64,000 bases of DNA from Patescibacteria group bacterium (GTDB lineage: Bacteria; Patescibacteriota; Saccharimonadia; CAILAD01; BJGX01): positions 724-64,723 of the forward strand of contig JAPLVO010000014.1 in the NCBI GenBank assembly GCA_026397045.1. Direction: 5' to 3'. A program made the position numbers and the translations under genes. Positions 49,022 through 57,630 of this stretch are shown here, one piece after another. Within the stretch, counting starts at the first letter, position 1. Each line of letters begins with the position of its first letter. The notes beneath the pieces were generated by a model. It did no database searches. It saw nothing but the letters and a program-made list of their open reading frames with translations, and was not told where the DNA came from.

Positions 49022-50272
49022 TCATAGTTTCATTTCCTCAAATGCCCAGACTAACACCTCTAGCATTTCATCGTAATTTATTAATACCCCTGGTGCATAG
49101 ATATACAATACATTATCAACTACTTCTATGTTAATTTCAAAGTTTAGCGAATATATCTTTTCCATAAAGTTGGGTGCTAGCAGCTCGAAGCTAGTGGCTC
49201 GGTCAGGCTTAGCTGCCCAGACAGCAAATTTCTTATTAAAGTCGTTACTTTCGGTTGATACCTTAATAAGTCCCTTGGCCTTTGGTTTAAAGCCATACCA
49301 GCTTTTTTCGGTTACAAGTATATCATCATAATGTTTTGGCAATATAGACTGGGCTATTGTCATCGTTTCCATTGTAGACCCAGCCCTAGGCTGGTAGCTA
49401 TAGAACTCTACAATCTTTCCAGAATAGTAGCCTGAAACATGATTGTTGATATCGGCATTGCCAAAGCCTGCTGGACCAAATATTGCACCTCTGGTAGGCA
49501 TCATTAACCATCCGAAGTCTGGATTAAAATAAAATCCTTTTTTGCTAGCAAACTCTGCTATCGCCTTATCATACTTCCCTACATCCTCTGTAGACTGGCT
49601 GATACTATCGAGCACAAATACGCCCTGAACCTTTACAAAGAACCAAATTTCGGCAAAAGCAGAATTATCAATAAATATATCCTTGCCGGTTTTAAGGTCA
49701 TGAAGCCTGTCTTTACAGCTAGCCTGAATATGTGCGCTGAAAGAGTCACTTTTAGATTTGCCATCTTGTATTCTGATATCAATTATTTTAATATTTTCTA
49801 TTATATTCTGACGCTGATAGTTTTTTAATATATTCAACTGTAGCGTAATATTCTTGAAATAATTCGGTGATAATAACAACTTTAATTTTTTTAAATCAAA
49901 GTCGGACCAAGCTGACTGGAAACCTAAAAAGGTGTTTCTTGCTATCAAGGCCTTTGCCTTATCGCCTTGGCTAGTTAGTTTATTATCCGTGCTGCTAAAG
50001 CTACCACTTGTACCTGGGCTGAGGCCTTTAGTTTTGTACTTTTTAAGAATATATATAAATATTATGCCTACCCCGAAAAATAATAACGCTACAGGCCATA
50101 GCGATCCAGACCCTCCATAGCCAGATGGGTTACTACTCGATGAATAACCTGAGGAAAAGCCAGTGCCAGAATAAGAACCCCCACTTGAGCCCCCAGAGCT
50201 AGACCCGCCTCCACCGCCACGAGCCAACACGGAATTATTACTGGCTAAGGTCTGCTCGTAGTTGATTGTCAT
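49022..50272 (-). CDS. Gly/Ser-rich N-terminus, TM, Tim44-like and DUF3137-like domain protein
   Basis: ARGGGGGSS tract, TM, F...Q.AW...D...L and F.E.W.F (Tim44-like), ESNDFNKKF.V and LL.P.FME (DUF3137-like). Confidence 0.75.
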   Translation of the reverse strand: MTINYEQTLASNNSVLARGGGGGSSSGGSSGGSYSGTGFSSGYSSSSNPSGYGGSGSLWPVALLFFGVGIIFIYILKKYKTKGLSPGTSGSFSSTDNKLTSQGDKAKALIARNTFLGFQSAWSDFDLKKLKLLLSPNYFKNITLQLNILKNYQRQNIIENIKIIDIRIQDGKSKSDSFSAHIQASCKDRLHDLKTGKDIFIDNSAFAEIWFFVKVQGVFVLDSISQSTEDVGKYDKAIAEFASKKGFYFNPDFGWLMMPTRGAIFGPAGFGNADINNHVSGYYSGKIVEFYSYQPRAGSTMETMTIAQSILPKHYDDILVTEKSWYGFKPKAKGLIKVSTESNDFNKKFAVWAAKPDRATSFELLAPNFMEKIYSLNFEINIEVVDNVLYIYAPGVLINYDEMLEVLVWAFEEMKL

Positions 50273-50305
50273 AGATGCGTCTTACTCGGCTCTATCAAGA
50301 GCGGC

Positions 50306-50725
50306 TTACTTGGCGTATTTATTAAGGTTAGACTGGAAATAGTATATTGGAAGCAAAGACACTGCAACTAGTATCAGCGTAGAGCCTAGCTTTGGGGCAT
50401 TATTGAGCATAGCGAAGCTGTAGGGTTGATAAGTGATAGCCACAAACAGTGATCCAAGATAGCCAAGTATTATCGGAGCCAAAAACGCCGTAATTCGGCT
50501 GACATTACCCTTGGTAGTCTTCTCTATTGCACCTGCAAATCTCCAGAACCACCAGATATTCACCACTGGTATAAAAAACCAAAGGAAAAATGGCACTTTT
50601 TTAGCCTTGCCATTAATGACATTCATCTCAGTCTTAGTAATAAAGTACCAGTAGATATGGTAAACGCCAAATGTAAGAAGTGTTAACAATGTGATGGCTA
50701 AAAGTGATCTGTGTTTTACTCTCAT
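50306..50725 (-). CDS. DUF4234-like membrane protein
   Basis: R......LLTLLTFGVY.IYW....K.EMN, Q..LN. Confidence 0.78.
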   Translation of the reverse strand: MRVKHRSLLAITLLTLLTFGVYHIYWYFITKTEMNVINGKAKKVPFFLWFFIPVVNIWWFWRFAGAIEKTTKGNVSRITAFLAPIILGYLGSLFVAITYQPYSFAMLNNAPKLGSTLILVAVSLLPIYYFQSNLNKYAK

Positions 50726-50774
50726 ATATTGCTCCTTATGATACTTTAATTATATGTCTATATTGCTTGGTAGT

Positions 50775-51044
50775 CTACCAAATCAAGCCGATGATAGCAA
50801 AAATCGCTATCCCCGCCCAAAAAATATTTAAAATAACTGTCTGCGCTGTTCTCTTGTATAAAGCTACTATGAGAATACCAATAGCACCAGTAAGATTTAG
50901 TAGCTGATAAAATAAGCTCGATGAACTGATCAAATTAACACTAATCAAGAAATAGGCTGCAATAATTGCTAGGGCACCATACCAGCCAGCTATTTCAGTG
51001 AAAATATTTATTTTAAGGGTTTTTTTGGGGGGTGATTTTTTGAT
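50775..51044 (-). CDS. Small three-TM protein (CBU_0592-like) with no canonical start; absent from ORF track
   Basis: Manual translation ...EIAGWYGALAIIAAYFLIS...FYQLLNLTGAIGIL...VILNIFWAGIA. No in-frame ATG/GTG/TTG between the upstream in-frame stop and the conserved core; candidate ATC start 1 nt after the msrA stop. Confidence 0.7.
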   Translation of the reverse strand: MKKSPPKKTLKINIFTEIAGWYGALAIIAAYFLISVNLISSSSLFYQLLNLTGAIGILIVALYKRTAQTVILNIFWAGIAIFAIIGLIW

Positions 51045-51045
51045 A

Positions 51046-51519
51046 CTAACAAGCTCCGAGGTTTCTCTTGCGCAAATACTGCTGATGATACTCTTCGGCT
51101 CTCCAGAAAGTACTTGCGGCCACCAGCTGGGTTACTATTGGGTCGCTGTATTTTTTTGATTTTGTAAGCTCAGCTATTTTATGTTCGGCTAGTTTCTTTT
51201 GATTAGCATTGTGATAAAAAATAACACTCCGGTAGCTATCCCCTACATCTGGGCCTTGCCTATCGAGCTGAGTTGGGTCGTGTTTATCAAAAAAAATGTC
51301 TAGTAGCTCTGTGTAGCTTGTCTTGGCAGAGTCAAACTCTATTTGAACCGTTTCGGCGTGTCCAGTTGTGTGGCTACAAACTTGCTCGTAGGTGGGGTTG
51401 TCTACATTTCCACCTTCATACCCGACTGTGGTCTTGAGAACCTTAGCTTTAGTGCGAAAAGCTTCTTCTACTCCCCAAAAACACCCCCCACCAAAGTCTG
51501 CTAACTCAATATTACTCAT
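51046..51519 (-). CDS. msrA: Peptide-methionine (S)-S-oxide reductase
   Basis: GGCFWG, PTYEQVC..TTGHAE, RQGPDVG..YRS, AEEYHQQY. Confidence 0.98.
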   Translation of the reverse strand: MSNIELADFGGGCFWGVEEAFRTKAKVLKTTVGYEGGNVDNPTYEQVCSHTTGHAETVQIEFDSAKTSYTELLDIFFDKHDPTQLDRQGPDVGDSYRSVIFYHNANQKKLAEHKIAELTKSKKYSDPIVTQLVAASTFWRAEEYHQQYLRKRNLGAC

Positions 51520-51555
51520 TATGCCTTGCCTCCCATTAAGTAGTAGTATACTGGC

Positions 51556-52263
51556 CTAGCCAAGAAGTTGCGACTCATGCTGGCCTACTCCTACTTCCCA
51601 CACTTTAATGTCCTCACCACTTTCCTTGCCATAGCCGTCTTTTGCAGTCTGGACCACTACCTCTGCAACGCGATGGGCGGGCATTCCGTGGAAATTTGTC
51701 ATTTCGGTTGATGTCATGGTAGGGCTTACTGAATAAATATTGAGAGCTGGAGTCTCTAGTGCCAACACCTCAGTAAAAGATCTGACGGCGGCCTTTGTGG
51801 CACTATAGACGCTTAAATCTATAGTCGGGTTAGATCGTGATCCACCCACTATATTAATGATAGATTTCCTGACATGAGGCAAAAAAGCCTTGGTCATGAT
51901 AATCAAGCCTAGGAAATTCACATTTATTTGTTCCTCGATATCTTCATAAGTAAGATCTGTAAATTTTTTCCATCGCATCACCGCCGCGTTATTAACCAGA
52001 ATATCGACGCCGCCATACTTAAGTACGACAGTTTTTTGTAACGCTCTAATACTGGACTCGCTCCTAACATCTAGCTGGGCTAAAAATGTCGATTTCGCAC
52101 CCAGAGCAAGGCATTTATTCGAGACAGTCTCGGCCTGACCTATCTCGTCCAGGAAGGTTATTATCACATTGCAACCTTGCTTAGCAAAAGCTTCAGCTGT
52201 CTCAGCACCTATTCCCCTGCTTGATCCTGTTATGAGAACTGTTTTACCGATTATTTTTTGCAT
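51556..52263 (-). CDS. SDR-family oxidoreductase
   Basis: TGSSRGIG, LVNNAA, YSATK. Start set at MQKIIGK (52263); the longer ORF-track call overlaps msrB. Confidence 0.9.
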   Translation of the reverse strand: MQKIIGKTVLITGSSRGIGAETAEAFAKQGCNVIITFLDEIGQAETVSNKCLALGAKSTFLAQLDVRSESSIRALQKTVVLKYGGVDILVNNAAVMRWKKFTDLTYEDIEEQINVNFLGLIIMTKAFLPHVRKSIINIVGGSRSNPTIDLSVYSATKAAVRSFTEVLALETPALNIYSVSPTMTSTEMTNFHGMPAHRVAEVVVQTAKDGYGKESGEDIKVWEVGVGQHESQLLG

Positions 52264-52306
52264 AATTCTATTATAAAGCATTACAATAGTAAAGTAGGAG
52301 AATATA

Positions 52307-52696
52307 ATGGATAAAAAAGAACTTAAAAAAAAGCTGAGCCCGATGGCGTTTAGAGTTACGCAGGAACACGGCACCGAACCTGCCTTTACGGGCGTATATG
52401 TCGACAACCACGCCGAAGGCACATATCGCTGCGTGGTATGTGGGCAAAAACTTTTTGAAAGCGATACTAAATTCGACAGCGGAACTGGCTGGCCTAGCTT
52501 CGATAAGGCCATACCAGGATCTACGGTAATGAACTCAGACGACAGGTATGGAATGAATCGCATTGAAGTTAGCTGCAGTAAATGCGGTGCTCACCTGGGG
52601 CATATGTTCGATGACGGTCCAAGCAAAACAACTGGGGAAAGATTCTGTATTAATTCCTGTGCACTAGATCTAAAAAAGAAAGAAGGCAAACAATGA
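52307..52696 (+). CDS. msrB: Peptide-methionine (R)-S-oxide reductase
   Basis: GTEPAF, CVVC, KFDSGTGWPSF, CSKC.AHLGH.F.DGP, RFCINS. Confidence 0.98.
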   Translation: MDKKELKKKLSPMAFRVTQEHGTEPAFTGVYVDNHAEGTYRCVVCGQKLFESDTKFDSGTGWPSFDKAIPGSTVMNSDDRYGMNRIEVSCSKCGAHLGHMFDDGPSKTTGERFCINSCALDLKKKEGKQ

Positions 52697-53346
52697 CGAG
52701 TAACCTAAAGGCTGTATTCCTTAATTGCACACTAAAAAAATCACCTAAAAAATCAAATACAGATGCATTAATTCAAAAGGCTGTGGATGTATATGAAGAA
52801 ATTAAAGTCGATAGCACTGTGATCCGTGTGGTTGACCACAATGTAGCTACTGGGGTTAGCTCAGATGAAGGACATGGTGACGAGTGGCCACAAATTTACA
52901 AAAAAGTCTTAGAAGCCGATATTATAATAATTGCTACTCCGATATGGTTTGGGGTGCGCGGTTCAGTCTGCCAGCAGGTAATGGAGCGGCTAAGTGGCGG
53001 CTACGACGAAGCAGACCCAAAAACAGGGCAATTCCCACTCTACGGCAAAGTTGGTGCATGCATTGTGACTGGTAATGAAGATGGTGCACATGATGTTTGT
53101 GCTAACACGCTATTTAATCTGACCCACATAGGATGCACTATTGCTCCTAACTCCGATAGCTATTGGGTTGGCGAGGCAGGCCCAGGGCCAAGTTACATCG
53201 AGGTCGGCCAAAAAAGCCTTTATACCAATAGAACAATCAGATTCTTAGCCCACAACACTGCCTGGATGGCCCAAATGCTCAAAAATAATCCGATACCAAC
53301 AAATCTCAAAGAACTCGAAGAGAAAGCAAAAAAAGTCAGCACCTAA
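52693..53346 (+). CDS. Flavodoxin family / NADPH-dependent FMN reductase
   Basis: NCTLK.SP..SNT, DEWP, ADIIIIATPIW.G, TGNEDGAH; ATGA coupling to msrB. Confidence 0.88.
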   Translation: MTSNLKAVFLNCTLKKSPKKSNTDALIQKAVDVYEEIKVDSTVIRVVDHNVATGVSSDEGHGDEWPQIYKKVLEADIIIIATPIWFGVRGSVCQQVMERLSGGYDEADPKTGQFPLYGKVGACIVTGNEDGAHDVCANTLFNLTHIGCTIAPNSDSYWVGEAGPGPSYIEVGQKSLYTNRTIRFLAHNTAWMAQMLKNNPIPTNLKELEEKAKKVST

Positions 53347-53732
53347 TGCTTGATAAATTTCTTACGCACCCACTATTGGCGCTAAATTTTGCTATCGAGC
53401 TAACCCTCGGCCTAACTATGGTTATCTATCCTCAGCTCATTACAAGCCTGGGAGGAGTTGATATTTCAGAAGTCCTACTACGGACATGCGGCATGTTAGC
53501 TCTTTCGGTATCGGCTTTCTCTCTACTATCAATTTATTTTATTATAAACACAACCGAGAAGCACAAAGTTAAAAATTTTGTATACTTAAATTTATTGATA
53601 TTTAATTTAGCCCTAACTATTGGCCTGCTTTATGCAGCGATAACAGGAGAGATATCTTATTTAGGTGCAATTGTTCACGCGCCTTTAGCATTGGCTTTCG
53701 CTGTGTCGCTATATCTTAGTTATAAGCGGTAA
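53346..53732 (+). CDS. Hypothetical four-TM membrane protein
   Basis: Hydrophobic 128-aa ORF with TAATG coupling to the flavodoxin gene. Confidence 0.7.
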   Translation: MLDKFLTHPLLALNFAIELTLGLTMVIYPQLITSLGGVDISEVLLRTCGMLALSVSAFSLLSIYFIINTTEKHKVKNFVYLNLLIFNLALTIGLLYAAITGEISYLGAIVHAPLALAFAVSLYLSYKR

Positions 53733-54108
53733 AGCCTTCTATAGTTGCCAGGGTATGTTTATCAAATAGAACAGCTTTAACCCCCAGCTTAGCTGCTACA
53801 TCCAAGTAGTGCTGGGTATCATCGACAAAAATTGCTTCGTGCGGCCTTAACTTCAATTTCTCTAAAGCGGACTCGTAGAATCTTGGGTCCGACTTGGCAA
53901 TCCCGAGCTCGTTGGTGGTTTGAACAAGATCAAAATATCTATCTATGTTATTTTGCTGAAGCCACGGATGTAAATCTACATCCGATGCAGATAATATTGC
54001 AAATCTATACTCATCCTTATTTCGCTTAATAAATTCTGCTAATTCTGGATTAAGCTGGCCCTGGATATTGATGACGCCATAAAAATCCCAGAAGATTGCC
54101 TTTATCAT
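53716..54108 (-). CDS. Small capless HAD-family hydrolase
   Basis: IFWDFYGV, ILS, AKSDPRFY, FVDD. Confidence 0.85.
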   Translation of the reverse strand: MIKAIFWDFYGVINIQGQLNPELAEFIKRNKDEYRFAILSASDVDLHPWLQQNNIDRYFDLVQTTNELGIAKSDPRFYESALEKLKLRPHEAIFVDDTQHYLDVAAKLGVKAVLFDKHTLATIEGFTAYN

Positions 54109-55877
54109 AAGGTTTCGAGTTCATCTTGCCAGTGCTTAATGAGTTCAAAACTTCCCTGCCAAAACTCTGCTGAACTCATGTCAATTCCGACCTTCTGGAG
54201 TATTATTCTGGGGTCCTCAGAGCCCCCTGCGGCGAGAATTTCCTCGATTTTTGGTACGAAGCTTTCGCCTTCACTCTTATATTTGGCATATAGAGCCATG
54301 CTAAGTAGTTCGCCAAAATTGTATGCATAGCAATAAAATGGGGTATGAATTATGTGCGGTATATAAGCCCATTCGTACCTAAACATTTCATCGACATCGA
54401 CACTATCTCCAAATTGCTCTTTAAGATTATCGAGCCACATTTGGCTAAGGTCTTTCTCTTCAACTCCGCTTTTGAGTGCTTCATGCGCTGCTATCTCAAA
54501 TTTAACGATAAAGTTCTGGCGGCAAACGGTTGCATAACTATCGGCTAACTTTTCACTCAATAATTTTTTCTTGGCATCATTAGTTTTGGCCCTAGAAAGT
54601 AATTTTTCAAATAATAACATCTCCCCAAATGTCGAGGCTGTCTCGGCAAGTGGCAAAGTGGCATGCTGAGCAGATATGGTGTGATTATTGGCATAAATAC
54701 TATGAACACCATGGCCCAGTTCATGGGCTAGAGTGCTCACATCTCGGCCCTTGCCATCGTAATTGAGCAAAACATATGGTGTCACCGATGGCGCTACAGT
54801 CATACAAAACGCCCCACCGCGCTTGGTATCACCGGGGTGGGTATCTACATGATTTTGGTCGGTAATCAGCTTAGCATTATCGGCAAACTTAGGGCTAAAC
54901 TCCCTAAATGACTCATCCACTAAAGCAAGTGCCTCGTCGTATTTATAGTTCTCTACGGAATCACCAATTGGGGCATAGAGGTCAAACCTACTAAGCTTTT
55001 CCACTCCCAGCTGGCGGGCCTTAAACCCAAAATACCTTTGGAATACACCAACATTACTAGAGCAGACCTTCATGAGGGTGTCTATGACTTCATCTTGTAT
55101 ATGATTGGCCGTATTTCGCATTCCTATCGCAGACCCATAGCCCCTTAAATCATATTCATAGTTCCAGTCCTTCACTACTGCCTGGTATGCCACAAAGAAT
55201 TTATCAATGTTTTTTGAGTACTGGTCAAACCTAGCCTTAAAAGCTGCCCTTCGCTCTTCGGGCTTAGCTGAGTAGGCATAGCTGCTTAGCTCGGCATTAT
55301 TTGAAATTTTCTTAGGCTCCCCACCCTCTGGCTGAAAATCGTAGACCATCTCTGTCTCTATCATATCTCTTAGATCAATAATTACGCTCACGCCGTTTGC
55401 ATCTTTGGCGGTAATGATATTCTCAGAATTTTCATCTAGGCTGTGGTGGCTCATAAGCCTAGAATAAGTGTATTGATACTCGTTGTCAGGATTCAACCTA
55501 AAAAGTCGCATTGCATTTTCGTCGTCTAGCAGCTTCTTGCCAGCCACACTTTTCCCTTTAAGCCAAAGGCTAATAGGGCGTACATTCTTACTAAATTCAA
55601 TCTCTAAATCCTTTACTTGGTTCTTTAGCTTTAGCGCGAGGCTATCTTTCTGATCGGCAGATTCCATAAGGCTGGGCCTACAACTAAGTCGGTGCATGCC
55701 CTCGATGGTAGTTTCATGATGCTTTGTGAAGTCAAGAAAATCATCGTCCGACATATCAGGCGACATCTTTTTAAAATGCCCCGGGAACTGAGCAATCTGA
55801 GATTTAGTGAGATTATACAGTTCATCGAAGTTATCCAAGCTAACTACATCGTCTAAGTTCCAGTTTTTTGATTCCAT
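54105..55877 (-). CDS. pepF: Oligoendopeptidase F (M3B peptidase)
   Basis: KRGGAFC, TLAHELGHGVH, AETASTFGE, W.YIPH....PFYCYAY. Confidence 0.93.
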   Translation of the reverse strand: MESKNWNLDDVVSLDNFDELYNLTKSQIAQFPGHFKKMSPDMSDDDFLDFTKHHETTIEGMHRLSCRPSLMESADQKDSLALKLKNQVKDLEIEFSKNVRPISLWLKGKSVAGKKLLDDENAMRLFRLNPDNEYQYTYSRLMSHHSLDENSENIITAKDANGVSVIIDLRDMIETEMVYDFQPEGGEPKKISNNAELSSYAYSAKPEERRAAFKARFDQYSKNIDKFFVAYQAVVKDWNYEYDLRGYGSAIGMRNTANHIQDEVIDTLMKVCSSNVGVFQRYFGFKARQLGVEKLSRFDLYAPIGDSVENYKYDEALALVDESFREFSPKFADNAKLITDQNHVDTHPGDTKRGGAFCMTVAPSVTPYVLLNYDGKGRDVSTLAHELGHGVHSIYANNHTISAQHATLPLAETASTFGEMLLFEKLLSRAKTNDAKKKLLSEKLADSYATVCRQNFIVKFEIAAHEALKSGVEEKDLSQMWLDNLKEQFGDSVDVDEMFRYEWAYIPHIIHTPFYCYAYNFGELLSMALYAKYKSEGESFVPKIEEILAAGGSEDPRIILQKVGIDMSSAEFWQGSFELIKHWQDELETL

Positions 55878-55916
55878 AATACTATTTTACTATAAAGAAA
55901 CCAGATTATCCTACAT

Positions 55917-56312
55917 TTAATATGCCAAAACACACATTAGAGTAATAATCACCGAGCAAAAGTGCCACATACCATGGTAAACATCATATTTGTGATCCTT
56001 ACCAGACAATAAGAAATAAAAAGCGATAACCACAAAAATTAAAGCAATCGGAAAATACGGCAGCTTTAAGCCTGACAAATATAATATGTAAAGATTAGCG
56101 GTTATTACACTATATGCTAAAATTTTATCTAGTCGCTTCAGCTCCTTTTCATTGGACAAATGATAATATAGCGACACACTGGCAGCCAGTGCGATGAGCA
56201 GTCCGTAAGCCCAAAGACCTTTCGTAAAAGCCAGCCCCGCTGGAATGTAAAATGGCACATTGCTCCAGATGGGGATAATTTCTTTATCGGATAGTAGCTT
56301 AGATAACCTCAT
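55917..56312 (-). CDS. Miniature CREST-superfamily membrane protein (ceramidase/PAQR/TMEM8-like motifs)
   Basis: SN..F, SLYYH (SxxxH), LD and HGMWH (HxxxH) in a 131-aa hydrophobic ORF. Confidence 0.7.
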   Translation of the reverse strand: MRLSKLLSDKEIIPIWSNVPFYIPAGLAFTKGLWAYGLLIALAASVSLYYHLSNEKELKRLDKILAYSVITANLYILYLSGLKLPYFPIALIFVVIAFYFLLSGKDHKYDVYHGMWHFCSVIITLMCVLAY

Positions 56313-56393
56313 ATTATTATAATATCAAGGTTGTACGAAAAAATCATTGATAGCCTGCTACCCAATATAAGTTGCTCTTTATGGTCTACGGCG

Positions 56394-57182
56394 TTATCTG
56401 CCAAATATTCTACCGAGCTGAGAACCGGCGGCTTGCCACCACGGCGCAGTGTAGCGCAGGCGAGGCTTGTCGGCCTCTACTGCTGCAACAATCTTTTTGA
56501 CTATTGAGCTATTACTTTTTCTCTCAAACAGAGCAAATCTTGCCTCTTCATTTTTCTTGATCTTATCTATTACTTTATTAAAATAAGAAGATTTGTCCAT
56601 CCAGGCGTATTTGCTATTCATCACCCTCTGATTGAAGCCCGTGGCGTAGGTGCCAGGCTCGACTACAATAATATTGACATTTTTGGTTACTAGCTTAAGC
56701 TCTTGGCGCATAATGTCGGCAGCAGCCGAAAGCGAGAATTTGGTCATGCAATAGGCTCCCCAAAAAGCTATCGGCATACGCCCAGCTAATGAGCTAATGA
56801 TAATAACTTTGCCAGAATCTTTTTTGATCATTTTTTTGAGTACACCCTGGGTTAGTTCAAGGGTGCCAAAAACATTAGTTTCAAAGTTTTTTCTAACATT
56901 AGACATTGGTATTTCGGCCAGTGAGCCTGATTCGCCAATAGCGGCGTTGTTTATTAGTACATCGATATCAAGCGCCAGTGCTTTGTCTCTATCTTGTTTC
57001 ATGGTGATATCGAGTTTGAATATTTCAAGTCTTATGCCCTGCTGCGCGGCAAAGGTCTTAAGTTCTTCTACCGACTTTTCTCTATGTACGGTGGCATATA
57101 CCTTGTAGCCAAGCCTTGCGAGGGCCACTGCACTGTCTAAGCCTATGCCGCCGCGGCATCCGGTTATTAATACTTTTATCAT
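56394..57182 (-). CDS. SDR-family oxidoreductase
   Basis: TGCRGGIG, LINNAA, SS..G, YCMTK, VEPG. Confidence 0.92.
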   Translation of the reverse strand: MIKVLITGCRGGIGLDSAVALARLGYKVYATVHREKSVEELKTFAAQQGIRLEIFKLDITMKQDRDKALALDIDVLINNAAIGESGSLAEIPMSNVRKNFETNVFGTLELTQGVLKKMIKKDSGKVIIISSLAGRMPIAFWGAYCMTKFSLSAAADIMRQELKLVTKNVNIIVVEPGTYATGFNQRVMNSKYAWMDKSSYFNKVIDKIKKNEEARFALFERKSNSSIVKKIVAAVEADKPRLRYTAPWWQAAGSQLGRIFGR

Positions 57183-57262
57183 GACACTCCTTTTGCGGTT
57201 TTTTAGCTATTTACAACTTTTATTATAGACCTTTTAGTGCCCATTATCGCAACAAACATTCT

Positions 57263-57475
57263 CATAATAAAAACCCGAGGCAAGCTCGGGCATTTATTAT
57301 GGCGGAGAGAGGGATAGCGGCTTGCGCCTTTTCCGCTTCAATCATGCTCGAAGTAAACTTCTGCGCGTGCTTTCGCTCCACCGAACCCTGCTGCAAGCAG
57401 CAGTAGGGTTCTCATTATATCTATTCCATAATAAAAACCCGAGGCAAGCTCGGGCATTTATTATGGCGGAGAGAG
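57263..57475 (-). repeat. 49-bp direct repeat (tRNA-Ser 3' end plus downstream hairpin), copies at 57263-57311 and 57427-57475
   Basis: CATAATAAAAACCCGAGGCAAGCTCGGGCATTTATTATGGCGGAGAGAG occurs twice, 164 bp apart. Confidence 0.92.
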
Positions 57476-57553
57476 AGGGATTCGAACCCTCGAGACGGTT
57501 GCCCGCCTACACGCTTTCCAAGCGTGCTCCTTCAGCCACTCGGACACCTCTCC
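57464..57553 (-). tRNA. tRNA-Ser(GGA)
   Basis: GGAGAGGTGTCCGAGTGGCTGAAGGAGCACGCTTGGAAAGCGTGT...GGGTTCGAATCCCTCTCTCTCCGCCA; long variable arm, encoded CCA. Confidence 0.98.
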
Positions 57554-57630
57554 GTGCGGGGTATAGTTTAGCAAAAAAAGCCCGTTTTGGGAAAACCTCG
57601 TAGCACAAAGTTTGACCCCAATAATACTGC

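Noticed and set aside
50155-50225. Gly/Ser low-complexity tract as a DNA repeat element
   Set aside because: Codons vary and the tract lies in frame within the 416-aa protein, so it is protein-level low complexity only.
52264-52563. N-terminal 100-aa extension of the SDR in the ORF track
   Set aside because: It overlaps msrB on the opposite strand. The SDR fold starts at MQKIIGK, behind TATAAT-N6-ATG.
55917-57311. Integrative island bounded by the tRNA-Ser duplication
   Set aside because: The two repeat copies are only 164 bp apart and enclose no genes, and I saw no distal att copy or integrase in the window.
57322-57603. 93-aa + strand ORF
   Set aside because: It is an antisense reading of tRNA-Ser and its repeat (AEREGFEPS is a typical tRNA shadow translation).
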